Positions 50,001-62,291 are shown, counted from the stretch's first letter. The stretch: DNA of 64,000 nt from Amphiscolops sp. MND2022 (GCA_964187785.1 OZ076413.1:44890001-44954000), one strand, 5' to 3'. The notes: generated by a model from the sequence alone, not told the origin. Program-made: numbers and translations.

Positions 50001-53000
50001 TCTACAACCAACACATTAAAATTCACTACAAGTTAATTTCAGATACTGCGGGTTAGTTCGATCTATGTGTAACAACTCACATTTCACCTTTTCAATTTAG
50101 ACACACGTCATGACAATTTTAGTCTGATTGAGAAATCCGTCACTCTTGCCCAATGAGAAACCATTGAGAAAGTGTTACAGGTTGAGAGGTACGATACCAG
50201 GAAGTGTACTCCCGAGGAATTTGTCAAACTGATCAGCTCAATACCCAGCGGCAAGATAACTCTTGGAATCCAGAAGTTTAATGGCGTGGAACCAGATGAT
50301 CAACAAACAATCGAAGAAGGGCCCGAAACAGAGACGATAGAACGTGATGACGCCAGACCTTTACTGGCACAGGATGACATCTATGATGTGTACCAGCTGG
50401 AAAATGATGACACAGAAAACAATGAAAACGATGCCTTCACGGTGATGTCTTTACAAAGAAGCAAAGGAGCATTTGATTTACACGACAGAAATTTAGACGA
50501 TGATAGTTTCATAGATCGTAGAGCTGATGATACACAATCTGTGAGTACAGCCTCTGAGGCACAGGCAGAAAACTACAACAGGTTGGTACGACTCGACAAA
50601 CCGGGAACGACTCAAGTGGGCGCCCGCTCAAGACTGAAAAACGCGATGGATTACCTTTTAAAAAAGCTTGCGGGTTACTAAAGTTTTTCTATAATAAAAA
50701 TCAGAAACTTGAAAGGGGCCCTTTGGTGAGGTGGAAAAAAGTCGCACAGTGCCGAAAAACCCCAAAAGGGACACAACCCCTGCAACCGTCTAGCCTTGTA
50801 AACTGCGTGGTAGACTTCCTCGAGGACAGTATAAAACCACCAACTAAAGTTGAACAAATTGAACCAAGAAGTGGTCATTGCGGTGAAAAAGAACTTGCCA
50901 TAGTATTAGTCTTGAACTTTACAAAAAGCGCCGACAAAAACATAACTTCTCTGTATTCAAATCGTTTCAGAGAACAATACTTTTTTAAAGCAAGTTTGCC
51001 TACAATATCATTGAAAATCGTCGAACCAAGTATAAGGTTTTGCACCAAGATACGTTCTTTATTTATAGGCATTTGAAAGAAACGCAGCTTTATATTCAAA
51101 TCTTTTCGGTGACATTCCACAGAGCAGAACTTTACAGCACATGATGTATTTCAGAAATCAAGAAGGAGAGAGTGAACAGAACGAGTCAGTCGAGAAACTG
51201 TATGAGTGGCCACAGGAGCTGCAACAGATCATCCGCATAGAAAGGAGACACAAGGAGCCGATGGGTATGGGGCTGGTATCTGCAGAAGAGATCACGAACC
51301 AGGCACCCGTCAAGGCCGGCATGTACATAAGGGCCATCACACAGGAGGGACTCATCGGCAGGGACGGACGACTCAAAGAAGGTTGAGTATCAACATAACT
51401 CTATAACCACTAGACAACAAACCAGAGCCGCATGTGCGGTAAAGGAGTCGGCTTAGGTATTTTTTTCTGAAGTCGAAAAATGGCCCTTTTTTGACCATTT
51501 TTGGGCTAATTTTGGCTATGTTTCTCACATCCCAGCCATACGATTTTGATGCCATTGCACATATACGACTCTAATATGGTGTAGAATATTTGTAGAAAAT
51601 TTCGTTCGAATCGTATGGACAGTTTTTGAGAAAATCGAAAAAAGTCGAAAAATGGCTGTTTTTTGGCCATTTTTGGGCTAATTTTGGCTATGTTTCTCAC
51701 ATCCCAGCCATACGATTTTGATGCCATTGCACATATAGGACTCTAATATGGTGTAGAATATCTTAAGAGAATTTCGTTCGAATCGTATGGACAGTTTTTG
51801 AGAAAATCGAAAAAAGTCGAAAAATGGCTGTTTTTTGGCCATTTTTGGGCTAATTTTGGCTATGTTTCTCACATCCCAGCCATACGATTTTGATGCCATT
51901 GCACATATAGGACTCTAATATGGTGTAGAATAACTGTAGAAAATTTCGTTCGAATCGTATGGACAGTTTTTGAGAAAATCGAAAAAACTCGAAAAATGGC
52001 TGTTTTTTGGCCATTTTTGGGCTAATTTTGGCTATGTTTCTCACATCCCAGCCATACGATTTTGATGCCTTTGCACACGCGGGGGCCCCTTTGGGTGTAG
52101 AATGACTGTGCAAAATTTCGTGAAAATCGTATGGACAGTTTTTGAGAAATTTGAAATTTTCATGAAAAGGTCGGGAGAAAAAAAAAACAACACGATTGCA
52201 TAAGTAGTCGAAAATTTTTTCCGACTCCTAAAAAAATTACAGACAGGCACTCATTGAAGGCCACGAAGTGAAATGGGCACCACAGAACTGGCGAAAACGG
52301 TTACAAGATTCCGCTACGCACCGGGTTATTTTTTGCCCTGCGGTATTTAAGCAAAATGCATTCTAAAACTAGTTGAACTACGAACATCTAGATATCTGAA
52401 GAAATTCATACGCTGAGAAAACTCAGAATTCAAACGATATTAAATTTTCTGCCGTTGACTTCTGAGAAAACTTTAATCTTTGGAGAATAAAATTATAGTT
52501 GTGCAAAATTTGGCTGAACGATTGCTTTTCTTCTTTTTTTATGTACGAAGTATGAGCGGAAAAATGTTTTGCGGTCTTCGTTGTTTTGTTCGGAAATTAG
52601 CATGGTAAAATTCAGGTTTTTGAACATGAAACACTCTCCCAAAACAGCGTATATCAATCAATGAGAAATATCTAACCTTTGTTTCAACTAATACTGCTGA
52701 AACCCGACATGAAAAACCTTGAAATTCAACTGGCCAAGCAAATGTTAGGCACTGGATAAGTTTTTGTTCCAGGTGATTTCATAATCGGCATCAACGGTCG
52801 AGACCTCAGTGGTGTTCCCTTGACCGAGCTCGCCTCTTTCATGCAGACCGTGGCGTCTCTTGAATCCTTCAAAAACTTCGTTGAACTCATCTTCGTGTCC
52901 GGGGAAACAGCTCAACAGTTTTTGAACTACCCACAGCTGCCAAGCACTCAAGGAAGCTTCAAGTCTCATTCGAACGTGGAGTCAATCACTGAAAGTCCTA

Positions 53001-54616
53001 CAGCTTCTGCAAGACAGAACATTCGGGAGGTTAGGTTCGGGTAATTTCTGAGGATGCTGACTTTTTGATTGCAATTTCAAGAGACCATCGAACTACACAA
53101 AGTGTTATAGATACTTTATTTTCAAGGCTTCCAAGAATAATAGTTTAGTTGGGCTTCAGGTTTATATCAATTGATTGAATGTCAAAAACTTCTTCAGATG
53201 CAAGGAGCTGAAGCGTATATGGAGGAAGAAAGTGGAACTGACCAATCAAAAGCCAACACGCTAACCTTTCAGGGCAACACAGAAGCCGCCTATGATTCAC
53301 TCAATTATCAAGACCCCTATAGTCCTGTGTATTCTTCCATGTGGGAGCAGGCGACGTTTGGAAAGAAGCGTCTGGTAGAGATCACTAGAATGGAAGGAGA
53401 GCCTCTGGGATTGAGTATTGTGGACTACCCCATCGGAATTGTGGTCCAAAGTGTACAGGAGGGGAGTCCAGCTGATCTTGATGGACCGGGTTAGAGCATA
53501 AATTGAAAAAATTTTACTACAAAGGTATCATTCACTTTCCACCAAAATTCATATGAGACGCCCGCAAAGCACCGTTCTGACTTAATCTAGCGACAACTCA
53601 TTTTGAGGGGTCGAGTGTAGTCAATAAACAACGACTTACACAAAAAGTAAAAGAACTAGTAAATTTGATACATTTTGGTTCATTTCAAGTTCTCTATTTA
53701 AAAAGGTATGTTACGTTGCTAATAATTTGTCGCTCAACACTGCATATTCATACCTAAGAAAACGTGTACAAAATACCAAGAAAATTGAACCAAAATTGCG
53801 TAAAAATCGAAAATTTCGCATTTTTGGGCATTTTGGCAGTTTTTGGGCACTTTCAATTTTAGACACACTTTTCAAAAAGTTCAAATGTCTCCACAAATAT
53901 ATCTTCTACAAACTTTTTTTCGTAGTTGAATTCCATGGAACTAGCCCTATCTTTTGAGCGATAAAATTGAAATTTTCTAAAATTTAGAAACACGGCGAGA
54001 AATTTATTTTGCTCTCCCATTTGGAAGATTGTGGAAAATCAGAAAAAATCATTTGACGAATGACGGTTTTTCGATCCTAGAAAATGTCAATTTCTGACGA
54101 GACAGTGGATCAAACACTTCGACAATTTTAGAAGGACAGTGCAAAAATATTCGATGGGCGTTTTGATTACGGCTTTATTGGTTTGTATTTTGGTAGTAAT
54201 GCCCAAGCCAGGGAACGATGCCTCGATCAGCTCAGTTTGTATATTTGTAAGCTATCTTTCAAATTGAAAAAATAAAACGCAGTAAGTTTCAAATTGGGAC
54301 TTTTGGAAGTAGATTTTGCACGCAAAGGATTACAACAGAATCTAAAACACGTGACTACAACTAAGTGGTAAATCATTAAAACTTGCCTCGTATTTCAGAT
54401 CACATTCAACCGTTGGATCGACTGACTTCCATAAATGGAATTGACCTAACCAACGTCACCAAGGATGAAGCTATTCAAGTTATCAAAAATGCCAAGTCCC
54501 CGATGCGATTTGTGGTGGAGGCGGTGCTTTTCGTCGAGAACTTTGAAAAACCTGAGCGCTTATCCAAAAACTTATCAGATGAAGAGGAGGAAGCGTCAGA
54601 GGACGAATCTACATAA
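41056..54616 (+). CDS. PATJ: PATJ/MPDZ-like multi-PDZ polarity scaffold (L27 + ~7 PDZ, 14 exons, ~1292 aa)
   Basis: Exons 41056-41399, 41915-42155, 42394-42600, 42683-42917, 45285-45442, 46178-46422, 47296-47557, 47741-47878, 49251-49904, 50181-50581, 51155-51381, 52773-53029, 53198-53489, 54399-54616. 3879 nt, phase-consistent if two donors are GC. N-terminal L27-like QLQELLRLLRDPVFTEIY. PDZ signatures SWGFSI, SFGFAI..DGRLRKGD, SLGINI, SLGITI..IVPGGVAE, PMGMGL..DGRLKEGD, PLGLSI..EGSPAD. PATJ versus MPDZ cannot be resolved. Confidence 0.8.
41497..41750 (-). mobile_element. HINE family A fragment (3' end)
   Basis: aacaaagactggaacgtctcaagtcggcgccccgctcaagg. Confidence 0.55.
43456..44095. mobile_element. 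MULE/fold-back-like MITE with 17-bp AGCGACAATTCGTCCCA arms, TTGCTACT repeats and core module Y
   Basis: Four tandem 17-mers at 43468-43535; inverted TGGGACGAATT copies at 44030-44095; module Y (reverse) at 43790-43908. The right end is interrupted by a HINE. Confidence 0.7.
44095..44510 (-). mobile_element. HINE family A fragment with tRNA-Gly-like module
   Basis: 5' end cgccgactaaaaa at 44510. Minus strand 44385-44320 has a TGC-TTCCCAA-GCA arm and GGTTCGAT. Confidence 0.55.
48034..49162 (-). mobile_element. HINE-like element, family B (ACACTTGC subTIR), interrupted by a family A copy
   Basis: 3' hairpin GCGAAGC-CGT-GCTTCGC next to ACACTTGCGA; 5' palindromic ACACTTGCTTATTGAAAGTGT; tRNA-like segment 49070-48999. 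Colinear with 58163-59173. Confidence 0.7.
48239..48773 (-). mobile_element. HINE family A nested in family B
   Basis: aacaagacgggaacgtcccaagtcggcgcc ... ggcgccgactaaaaaa. Confidence 0.7.
50595..50940 (-). mobile_element. HINE family A
   Basis: gacaaaccgggaacgactcaagtgggcgcc ... agcgccgacaaaaa. Confidence 0.6.
51416..52236 (-). mobile_element. HINE-like element, family C (AGGAGTCGG subTIR) containing a 172-bp tandem array
   Basis: SubTIRs AGGAGTCGG (51443-51451) and CCGACTCCT (52221-52229); terminal hairpin CCGCA-TG-TGCGG; partial IR agtcgaaaattttttccgact at the other end. Confidence 0.7.
51470..52145. repeat. 172-bp tandem repeat, ~4 near-identical units
   Basis: Near-identical ORF translations recur at 172-bp offsets (51506, 51678, 51850). 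Confidence 0.95.
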
Positions 54617-55087
54617 AATTGACGATAGTTACAAGCGAAATGAATTTATTTTGTATAAATCTTATTCATAATTTACATTTTTGAACGTTAATAAATTGAG
54701 AAAAATAGAATAAAAGATCGACATGAAGTAACTCGAATGTAACGAAATTACGTACAATGAAATATCAGGTTGATAAAATGAAGCATTCAAAAACGTTAGA
54801 TATCGTGCATTACTAAATAAACGATCTGTCGAACAAGCATGGGAGGAAATCCAGAGAAAAAACAAGAAAAATAAAAATATATACAATTCAAAGACTTTTG
54901 AGACACGATGAATTCGCATGTTCAATTTCATTTACAAATTTACAATATTAGAAACACACTAAAAGCGTTTCACATGAACACGAAACAGCTAAAACGAAAA
55001 TCAATTAGATCTACAATTGGATACAAAATCATTTTTATTTGCCGCGGTAGAGCAATTTATCTCAATTGGAAAGAAAAGAGGACGTTG

Positions 55088-57868
55088 CTAAATAGACCAT
55101 GTACCAACCAAAGAATTGATGAAAAGATCCGAACTGTTCAGGCAAATGCTAACAACGAGGTAATAATCGAAAAATACACTAATAGGAACTTCCTTTTCTC
55201 TGCTTTTAGATCCAGATCTCTGAAGGAAATAGTCTTTGATATCTGGAACATTGTATCTTTCCAGTACATCTGTAGCCGGATCATTTGGCTGATGTCTATA
55301 GAATTTGGAGAAATTATCCGAAGTGACGATTCCAGTTTTGGCAGCATCTAACTTGCGAACAACTTTTCTTAGAACGTCCATTTCATTTTCTGGCATTCCA
55401 CCAAACAGAGATTCGAAGAAATCCTCGAAGTGAATTTCACTTTCGGAACTCACAGTGGATTCTTTACTGAAGATTGTGAAAACCCAGAGTCGGTCCAATT
55501 CCTCTGGCTCCAGAAAGAAACCGTAATCCTGAAATCACGGCCATCAGGTTATCAGAAAGTCTTTGGTTGGAAAAAAAATAATTTAAAAATCAAAACTAAT
55601 TGATTCGTAGCATTAGTAAACAAGACGGGAACGGCTGAAGTCGGTGCCATATCTAAGGCTCAAAAAGCCCAGATTTGAAATATGCGTAGGACGTTTTCAT
55701 GAAAAACTCCTATTTTCGGACCTCCCCCTTTTCTTAAAAAAACGCAATATAGTTCAATATATGTAATGTCAAAAGTTCGGCTATAGCGCTCAACTCCGGA
55801 TATTACGAGGGGAGACTTCAATAAAATCGGAGGGGGACCCTTTGAAGACAAAAAATTTTCAAAAAAGTCTCAGCACTGAAAAAATTGAAGAGGGGGACCC
55901 ATTAGTCTCGTCTGGTTTTTTATGTTATGTTCAAAAAGTAAAAACTGAAAAGGGAATCCTGTGCGATAGCTTAGATGCCTTTCGCAGGTATTCGTTTAGT
56001 TGAACAAACTGAACAAAAATTTCGTCGCTTCGAGTCTGTCTTAAAAAAAGTGACTGTAATAGTCGGGCTTTCATTATTAAAGCACCAAGATATATTTCAG
56101 TAACACAAGTGAAAAAGCAGAAGTCAATAAACTTATACTATGAGAAACTGCAAGCAAAGTTGAAAATTAAAATGCATTTTGATTTTGACTAAGAAATTTT
56201 GAATAGTCTAATGAAAATTTATGCCATGAAACTAATGCATTTCAATGAGTGCATTCAGTGGATTCAATGTAGCTTCATTATTTTGAGTATAAAATTAGAG
56301 TATGACAAAATTTGTTGGTTCATTTTCTCCCCTATATACGAAATGCAATCTCTTCCGATAAACAAAATGACTGGAAGATGCCCTGTTTGTTTCAAGATTC
56401 AAGCATCATAATTTTACCGACAACTCGAAGAAACCAACATACCAAAATCAAGCTGGAATAGAAGCTTTTGGTGTAGTATCCATTACCCCTGTCGCATGAA
56501 TAGAACATTCCTCCCACAACATGGAGTGGTTTCTCCACATTCAGAAGACAAGACCGACATCTGCCCTGAACAGCTCGAACCATTTCAAAATCTTTTTTCT
56601 CCAAAGCTGACACGGCTTTTTGGTGGACCCGATTCTGAGGCTCGCCCAGTGATCTCAATAGCACTTGTTTTGCACTTTCGTCAATTGATACAATGCGTAC
56701 TCTAATAAACTCTTTTTTATGCAAACTACTAGGTAAACAATTCTGTTCACTGCATCTGAATACAAGATCGAACCCTGGCGTGATGTCAAAAACGTCATAG
56801 ACTTCTCCATTTTCCACTTCAGCAGAGAAATGAACAGCATGGTTAGCTTCAGCCTCGAGTTCAAGTTGTGGAGGATTTTGCGAGGGTTTGATATAATTGC
56901 TTCGCTCGATGAAAGGCAATGACGTATTTCTGTTCTTACCAAACTCTCGGAACTCGTAAATGACGATTGAACGGTCGTAGTGGAAATACATACCAGATAG
57001 TTCCTATCAACACAAAAATCACAGAAAAAAATGAATAAAAGTTCGATCTTCAAACACTTACAAAGATGAACGTACTTTCAGAGCGTTAGCATCTCTGCTA
57101 ATAACGCGAGCATCGAATTGGATTCGCTTATCCAAAACTGCTTCGGTAACTGTCAACCGGCTAGGGTTGACCATGGTCTGATGCAAGTTAATTGGCTTTA
57201 CAGGCTCAGTAATATCTCTTCTGGTTGAGCCATATCTTGAAGAGGAACCCACACGACTGGATGCTCGTGGAACGTCTTGAGCAGGATCGCAAAGAACTGA
57301 GCGTGAAAGTTGATCAACTAAAAATCAGTTCATGTTAATTCACAATCTAAAATTTCTAAAGCATTTCAGACATTCGACATATCCGTTGGCTAATTTCAAT
57401 AAGAGAACACCAACCTAAAATAGATTCGAATAACTCTGACTTCCTTTTCCAATACAAATCATCCCGCTGTATCAAAAATTCTTCAGCAGTTGAATGTGCC
57501 GTGTGTACCCAAGAGCGTTTCGCATTTTTCTGGTAAGCGTCTCTAAAATTACATTTTTCTAAATATAAAGTTTATTCGAGGTTTCCAAAAAAAGTATGGA
57601 TCGTCAAGACCAACTTGTCAATGTTTCTATTGGAATTTATCCCGCACGTTGCTTTCTGATCTTCACTTATTCGTGATGTTAATAGTTTCGTTGTGGGTGT
57701 TCTCTGGGCAGACACACCCCAGCTGACGGTAGATGCACTTCCTGGCGTATCAAGACGCAAGTCCCAACATTCAGCCACATTCAGCAAACTCTTTTCGTGC
57801 TCGGGCTCCTTTGGTAAATCAAGCCTAGGTACATTTTCCAACGCATTTTTCTTCACATAAGAACTCAT
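55088..57868 (-). CDS. CAPS2: calcyphosin-2 (DM10-like + EF-hand protein, 5 exons, ~541 aa)
   Basis: Exons 57868-57615, 57542-57415, 57317-57076, 57003-56443, 55528-55088 (GT-AG, phase-consistent, 1626 nt). IQFDARVISRD..ELSGMYFHYDRSIVIYEFREFGKNRNTSLPFI resembles CAPS2 LQFDG..ELIGFFF.HDQSLT.YEYRQFGKNRTNVLPFI; the C-terminus KLDAAKTG..FFDYY..VSI..F...L..TWSI resembles calcyphosins. Confidence 0.85.
55618..56090 (-). mobile_element. HINE family A (in CAPS2 intron)
   Basis: aaacaagacgggaacggctgaagtcggtgccatatctaaggctc at the left; degenerate 5' end near 56060-56090. Confidence 0.6.
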
Positions 57869-58162
57869 GCTGAAAACCTGAAAGTGACAGAAAGGGAGCT
57901 CAATCAATGAGCAAAAATGTTTCTAAGGAACGAGTTCCTTTCTAGTGGTAGAATTAATTAATTTGTATTTTTCCACTATCAGACATCATGTATCTTCGTC
58001 ATCAATCAAGTGCAATGTGTCATCATGTGGGGGGGGGGACTTAGGCACCCGCGGTCTGCAACGAAGAGGAACCCCATACCAGCCACTATCCCAGTAACAA
58101 AAAACAACCAACGAACTACTCATACCAGCCACTATCCCAGGCGACCGGTAGAAACAAGTTTC

Positions 58163-59173
58163 AACACAGAGGCGAAGCCGTGCTTCGCAAACACTTGCGA
58201 ACTTTTGAAGAAAACCAAATAAGCAATATCATACGGAAAACCAAGGGTAAAAGGAGATTAAAATTTCATCAATTTTACAGCGCCAAAAAATACCCGAAGG
58301 GATACGCGTAAGCCTCGAAAACCATTCTTCCCCAACTGAAAACAGCAAAAAACCCATTCTTTCTCAACGGAAAACCTTAAACAGAAAATAGAAGAAAAAA
58401 ATTTCAAAATTTTTCGAAAACATTTTTGATGGTCTCCGGTAAGTCGCAAAGCTTTGAGGAGTCCTCTCGCAAAACGTTTCGTTTCTTGTAAAAATTGAGC
58501 AGGGGCTTCGGTGAAAACAAATTTTTAAAAAGTCGCATAGAAAAAAGATCGGTCTTTAAAAAAAGGTCTTTTAAAACTGAAAATTGAGAAAAAAATTTCC
58601 GAATTTTTCCGATTTTTTTTAAGTTTCAGCTAAGTCACATAAACCTGAAAAATGTGAAAAAGGGACTATTTAGGATTTTATAACATTCGTTCTGTTGCAA
58701 GATATCAAAAAATTGAAAGGAGGACGCTTTGGGGACATTAAAAATTTTTTTTAAAAAAATAGAATTTTGAACTGTCTCATAGTGCCGAAAATTTTGAAAA
58801 AAGGGACCCTTTGGGATTTTTTAACATTCGTTCTCTTGCAAAATATCAAAAAAAATTGAAAGGAGGACTCTTTGTTTGGGGACATTTAAAAAATTTCGAA
58901 AAAAATCTCACAAAGCCGAAAAAGTCTCACAAAGCCGAAAAGTCTCATAGTGCCGAAAAAAGTCAGAACCTTCTGCTTCGGAATACTTGTAAAAAAATTA
59001 GCGCATACCCACGGGTTCGAACACGAAACCTCTGGGTTGAAAAGCAAGCATCTTACCACTAGACCACGAACGCGTGAAACGTGCGAGTTGCCGCGTGAAA
59101 TCAGAGAGTTGTCGCGCGGAAAAAAAAGCACCCGCACTTTCCCATAACACTTGCTTATCGCAAGTGTAAAAAA
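58163..59173 (-). mobile_element. HINE-like element, family B, apparently full length, with tRNA-like module
   Basis: 3' hairpin GCGAAGC-CGT-GCTTCGC + ACACTTGCGA; 5' ACACTTGC-TTATC-GCAAGTGT palindrome + A/T run; tRNA-like segment 59072-59001. Confidence 0.75.
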
Positions 59174-59309
59174 GCTGCAGTGATAAACAGGTTCACAAAA
59201 AATGACTATACGTATTAAATTTCTTCAAACGCATCTCTGTCGCTCAGTTCCTAGAACACAGGCCGCATTGCCGATCTGAAGATCCAATGAGATCCCTTGC
59301 TTCAAAAAC

Positions 59310-59628
59310 GGGTAGGCGGAAATGGGTCGAAGGAACGGGATCGAAAATCAGAGTTAGTCCTCAGGGCGACATACCAAAATTTTGAATGGGATCGAAACAA
59401 CTCGGATCGAAATTTTTATAACGTAGTCAGCTATGTTCACATACCCCTAGTGCCCTGAATGCAGGAGCGAAGCCTCACTGTTGCTACTTGGCGAAGGAAG
59501 CGAAGCGACCGAGCCATACAACAAATACGATAATATTCGACCGCATTCCATTCGATCCCTGCAATTCGATCAAAAAGTTCGACCTCTGTCCTTTCGACCA
59601 GAAAAATTCGACCTATTTACAGCCACCC
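59310..59628. mobile_element. MULE-like MITE (module Y core)
   Basis: GGGTAGGCGGAAATGGGTCGAA / TTCGACCTATTTACAGCCACCC ends; 9-bp TSD TTCAAAAAC. Confidence 0.85.
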
Positions 59629-59756
59629 TTCAAAAACGGCTCAGCACATGCCGAAACAGACATCGACAAGGCTGAGAAGTTCAACAAACATTTCTGCAGC
59701 ATTGTTTGCGACCCTATATACACATTTATCAGCAAAGTGCTCTCACCAATTTTGGT

Positions 59757-60258
59757 GGCTTCGGGCAATAAGTTCGATATACAAAGTTCGAATGTGAACT
59801 AATGGAATAAGTTCGTAAAGGAATAGTTTCGAGACACCAAGTTCGAATTTTCATATCAGGCATATCCGGTGTGTCAAGAATAAAATATTACTTTTCGTAA
59901 ATGTCTCAGAAAATTTTCGGTACTTTCCCTTTCTAATGTGGGGCAAATCCGGTGTATGCACGCTCGCCCTCACCGTCACAAAGACCAGCTCCCACTACGA
60001 TCGCTTCGCGATCTCCGTTCCCGCTAGGTCTTTGCTCCTGTTCGACCTCGCTTAGCAAGATGGGAAGATAAGCGACCCCAAGGGGCTGCGGGGCACTAGA
60101 TGAATTGGGGAAATATCAGAGGCACGTTTTATACTTACGGCGGTTTGTTCAAAATTCGAACACAGTGATCCGAACTTGTTCCGGTTTTTCGAAAATTCGA
60201 ACTTAGTCCATTCGAAATTAAAATTCGAACTTATGCGTTCGAACTTATTACCGTGCCC
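59757..60258. mobile_element. MULE-like MITE (module X core, AAGTTCGAA arms)
   Basis: GG..AATAAGTTCGA / TCGAACTTATT..CCC ends; 9-bp TSD (A/T)ATTTTGGT. Confidence 0.8.
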
Positions 60259-60375
60259 TATTTTGGTCCTATTGATTTGGCATTCACAAAAGAAGATATT
60301 ATTTAGGAATTAAATGTACTAAGTGTTAACAAAAGTCGGGGACCAGATGAATTACCTCCCATGGTAATGAAAAAG

Positions 60376-61165
60376 TGTCAAGCAAAACAGTCGAACGACT
60401 AAAGTCGAATTCGAACCGTATAACTAGCGTCGAATATGCTATAGAATACCAGTTTGTAGAATTCTGGAATTGAAGAGAAACGATAAGACCAATAATGAAG
60501 GAATGAACGAAAGCATAAAACGTGCCACGGATATTTCCCCATTTCCTCTAGTGCCCGCTGCCCCTTGGGGCCGCTTATTTTTTCATCTTGCTAAGCGAGG
60601 TCGAACAGGAGCAAAGACCTAGCGGGAACGGAAATCGCGAAGCGATCGTAGTGAGAGCTGATCTTTGCGACGGTGCGTGCGAGAGTGCATACACCGGACA
60701 TGCCCCCCAAATCATACGAAACGTTTCGGCAAATATGTTCACATACCCCTAGTGGCTTAAATCCAGGAGCGAAGCGAAGCGGAGCGACGTGCCATATGCT
60801 ATGCCTCAATGTTGCTACCCGGCCAAGGGAGTGAAGTGACCGAGCCATACAACAAATATGCTGACCTCTTTAACAATATCAGTTAATTGATCAATTTGAT
60901 CAACCCATTTGGTCGACACTTTTGTCGCCCATGTGACCGACATCATATTGTCGCCCAAATGGCTGCTGACGAAATGTCCTTGACCCGGGAAAAGTACCTA
61001 AAATTTTTTGTGAACTCAAAGTTTTACTTCGACCAAATTCGACAAGAATTCGTCTCAATTCCAAATTCGATCGACTGTTCGGTTAATTTCTACGCTATTC
61101 ATTCGACGTTATTCATCTACATTATTCATTCGACGAGTCAAAATCCGACTTTTTTGCCGCAAACC
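60376..61165. mobile_element. MULE-like MITE (modules X+Y, GTCGAA/TTCGAC arms)
   Basis: 9-bp TSD ATGAAAAAG (60367-60375 and 61166-61174). The LINE reading resumes across it (PPMVMKK|SANTISHSL). Confidence 0.8.
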
Positions 61166-61749
61166 ATGAAAAAGTCAGCTAACACTATAAGCCATTCACT
61201 TTTCACGATCTTCAGCCAACTGAAAAACTCTCGAACTTTCCTTCTTTGTGGAAGTACCTTCTTGGTGTGGTAGTCACACCAATTTTCGAAGACGGAAGCA
61301 AAAAAGACGTGAAGAATTACCGGCCTATTACACTTCTCTCAGCCTGCTCCAAGGTATTCGAGAAACTTATTTCGAACTGCCTGACCGGTCACTTCATGAG
61401 TACAACCAGTGACTTTCAGCTCGGCTTTTTACTAAGAAAGTCAGCAATCTTGCAGCTTATTCGCAGTCTCGCCTACATTTTCTCCTCGATCAGTGACTCC
61501 AGTAGTACAATCTTGTCTTTTTTGTTTGATTTATCGAAGGCATTCGACAAGATCAAACACGATGTTTTACTACGTAAACACATCAGTCTTGGTGTATCAA
61601 AGAAACTGTACCTACTTCTGGCTGATTACCTTTCAAATCGCACTCAATCCGTGAAGATTATTGTCACATTTGCTTCCAAGGGCATCATGACCTCATGCGT
61701 CCCACAAGGATCGATACTCGGGCCGTTACTTTTTATCTTGTACATTAAT

Positions 61750-62291
61750 GGATACGGGTTAGTTTGCCGAAATACAATTTGCCGAGAATTGACTCAGGGA
61801 CAGTTTGCCGAATAGTTTTTGGCAAATTGTCCTTCACGTTCGGCAAATTGGGTTTCTGCCAATTGTCTTTCGGCAAAATGTCCCGTATCCGGTTTTTGCT
61901 TCTGCGAAGCGTTTAAAATAGATTAGGTACTTCTCCTCACCTAATAGGGGGTCATACACTGTGTATGCACTCTCGCACGCACCGTCGCAAAGATCAGCTC
62001 CCACTACGATCGCGTCGCGATCTCCGTTCCCGCTAGTTCTTTGCTCCTGTTCGACCTCGCTTTGCAAGATGGGATTATAAGCGGCCCCTAGGGGCAGCGG
62101 GGCACTAGATGAAATGGGTCATATCCGACGGTCAAAAACATGGTTTATTGAAAACGCTAGGTATTCTGAAAATTGTTCCTACAAAATTCGGCAAATTCAA
62201 AGGGACAACTTGCCAAAAAATTGGCAAATTGTTGTTCACGTTCGACAATTTGGATTCGGCCAAATGTCTTTCGGCAAACTGTCCCTAACCC
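61750..62291. mobile_element. MULE/Merlin-like MITE (module X core, TTTGCCGAA arms)
   Basis: GGATACGGG../..GTCCCTAACCC ends; imperfect 8-9-bp TSD ACA(T/A)TAAT; splits the LINE motif YIN|DLP. Confidence 0.8.

Noticed and set aside
50582..50681. ORF read-through LVRLDKPGTTQVGARSRLKN as PATJ-like coding sequence
   Set aside because: A phase-consistent donor at 50581 precedes it, and the extension is a HINE 3' end read in reverse.
51373..52250. Repeated ORFs MASKSYGWDVRN.. as a tandem gene family or CRISPR
   Set aside because: They are translations of a 172-bp (non-multiple-of-3) tandem repeat inside an intronic element, with no unique spacers.
59001..59072. Functional tRNA gene (also 48999-49070 and the other tRNA-like segments)
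   Set aside because: Acceptor and anticodon stems are mispaired and the segments lie inside repeat copies. Treated as tRNA-derived modules.
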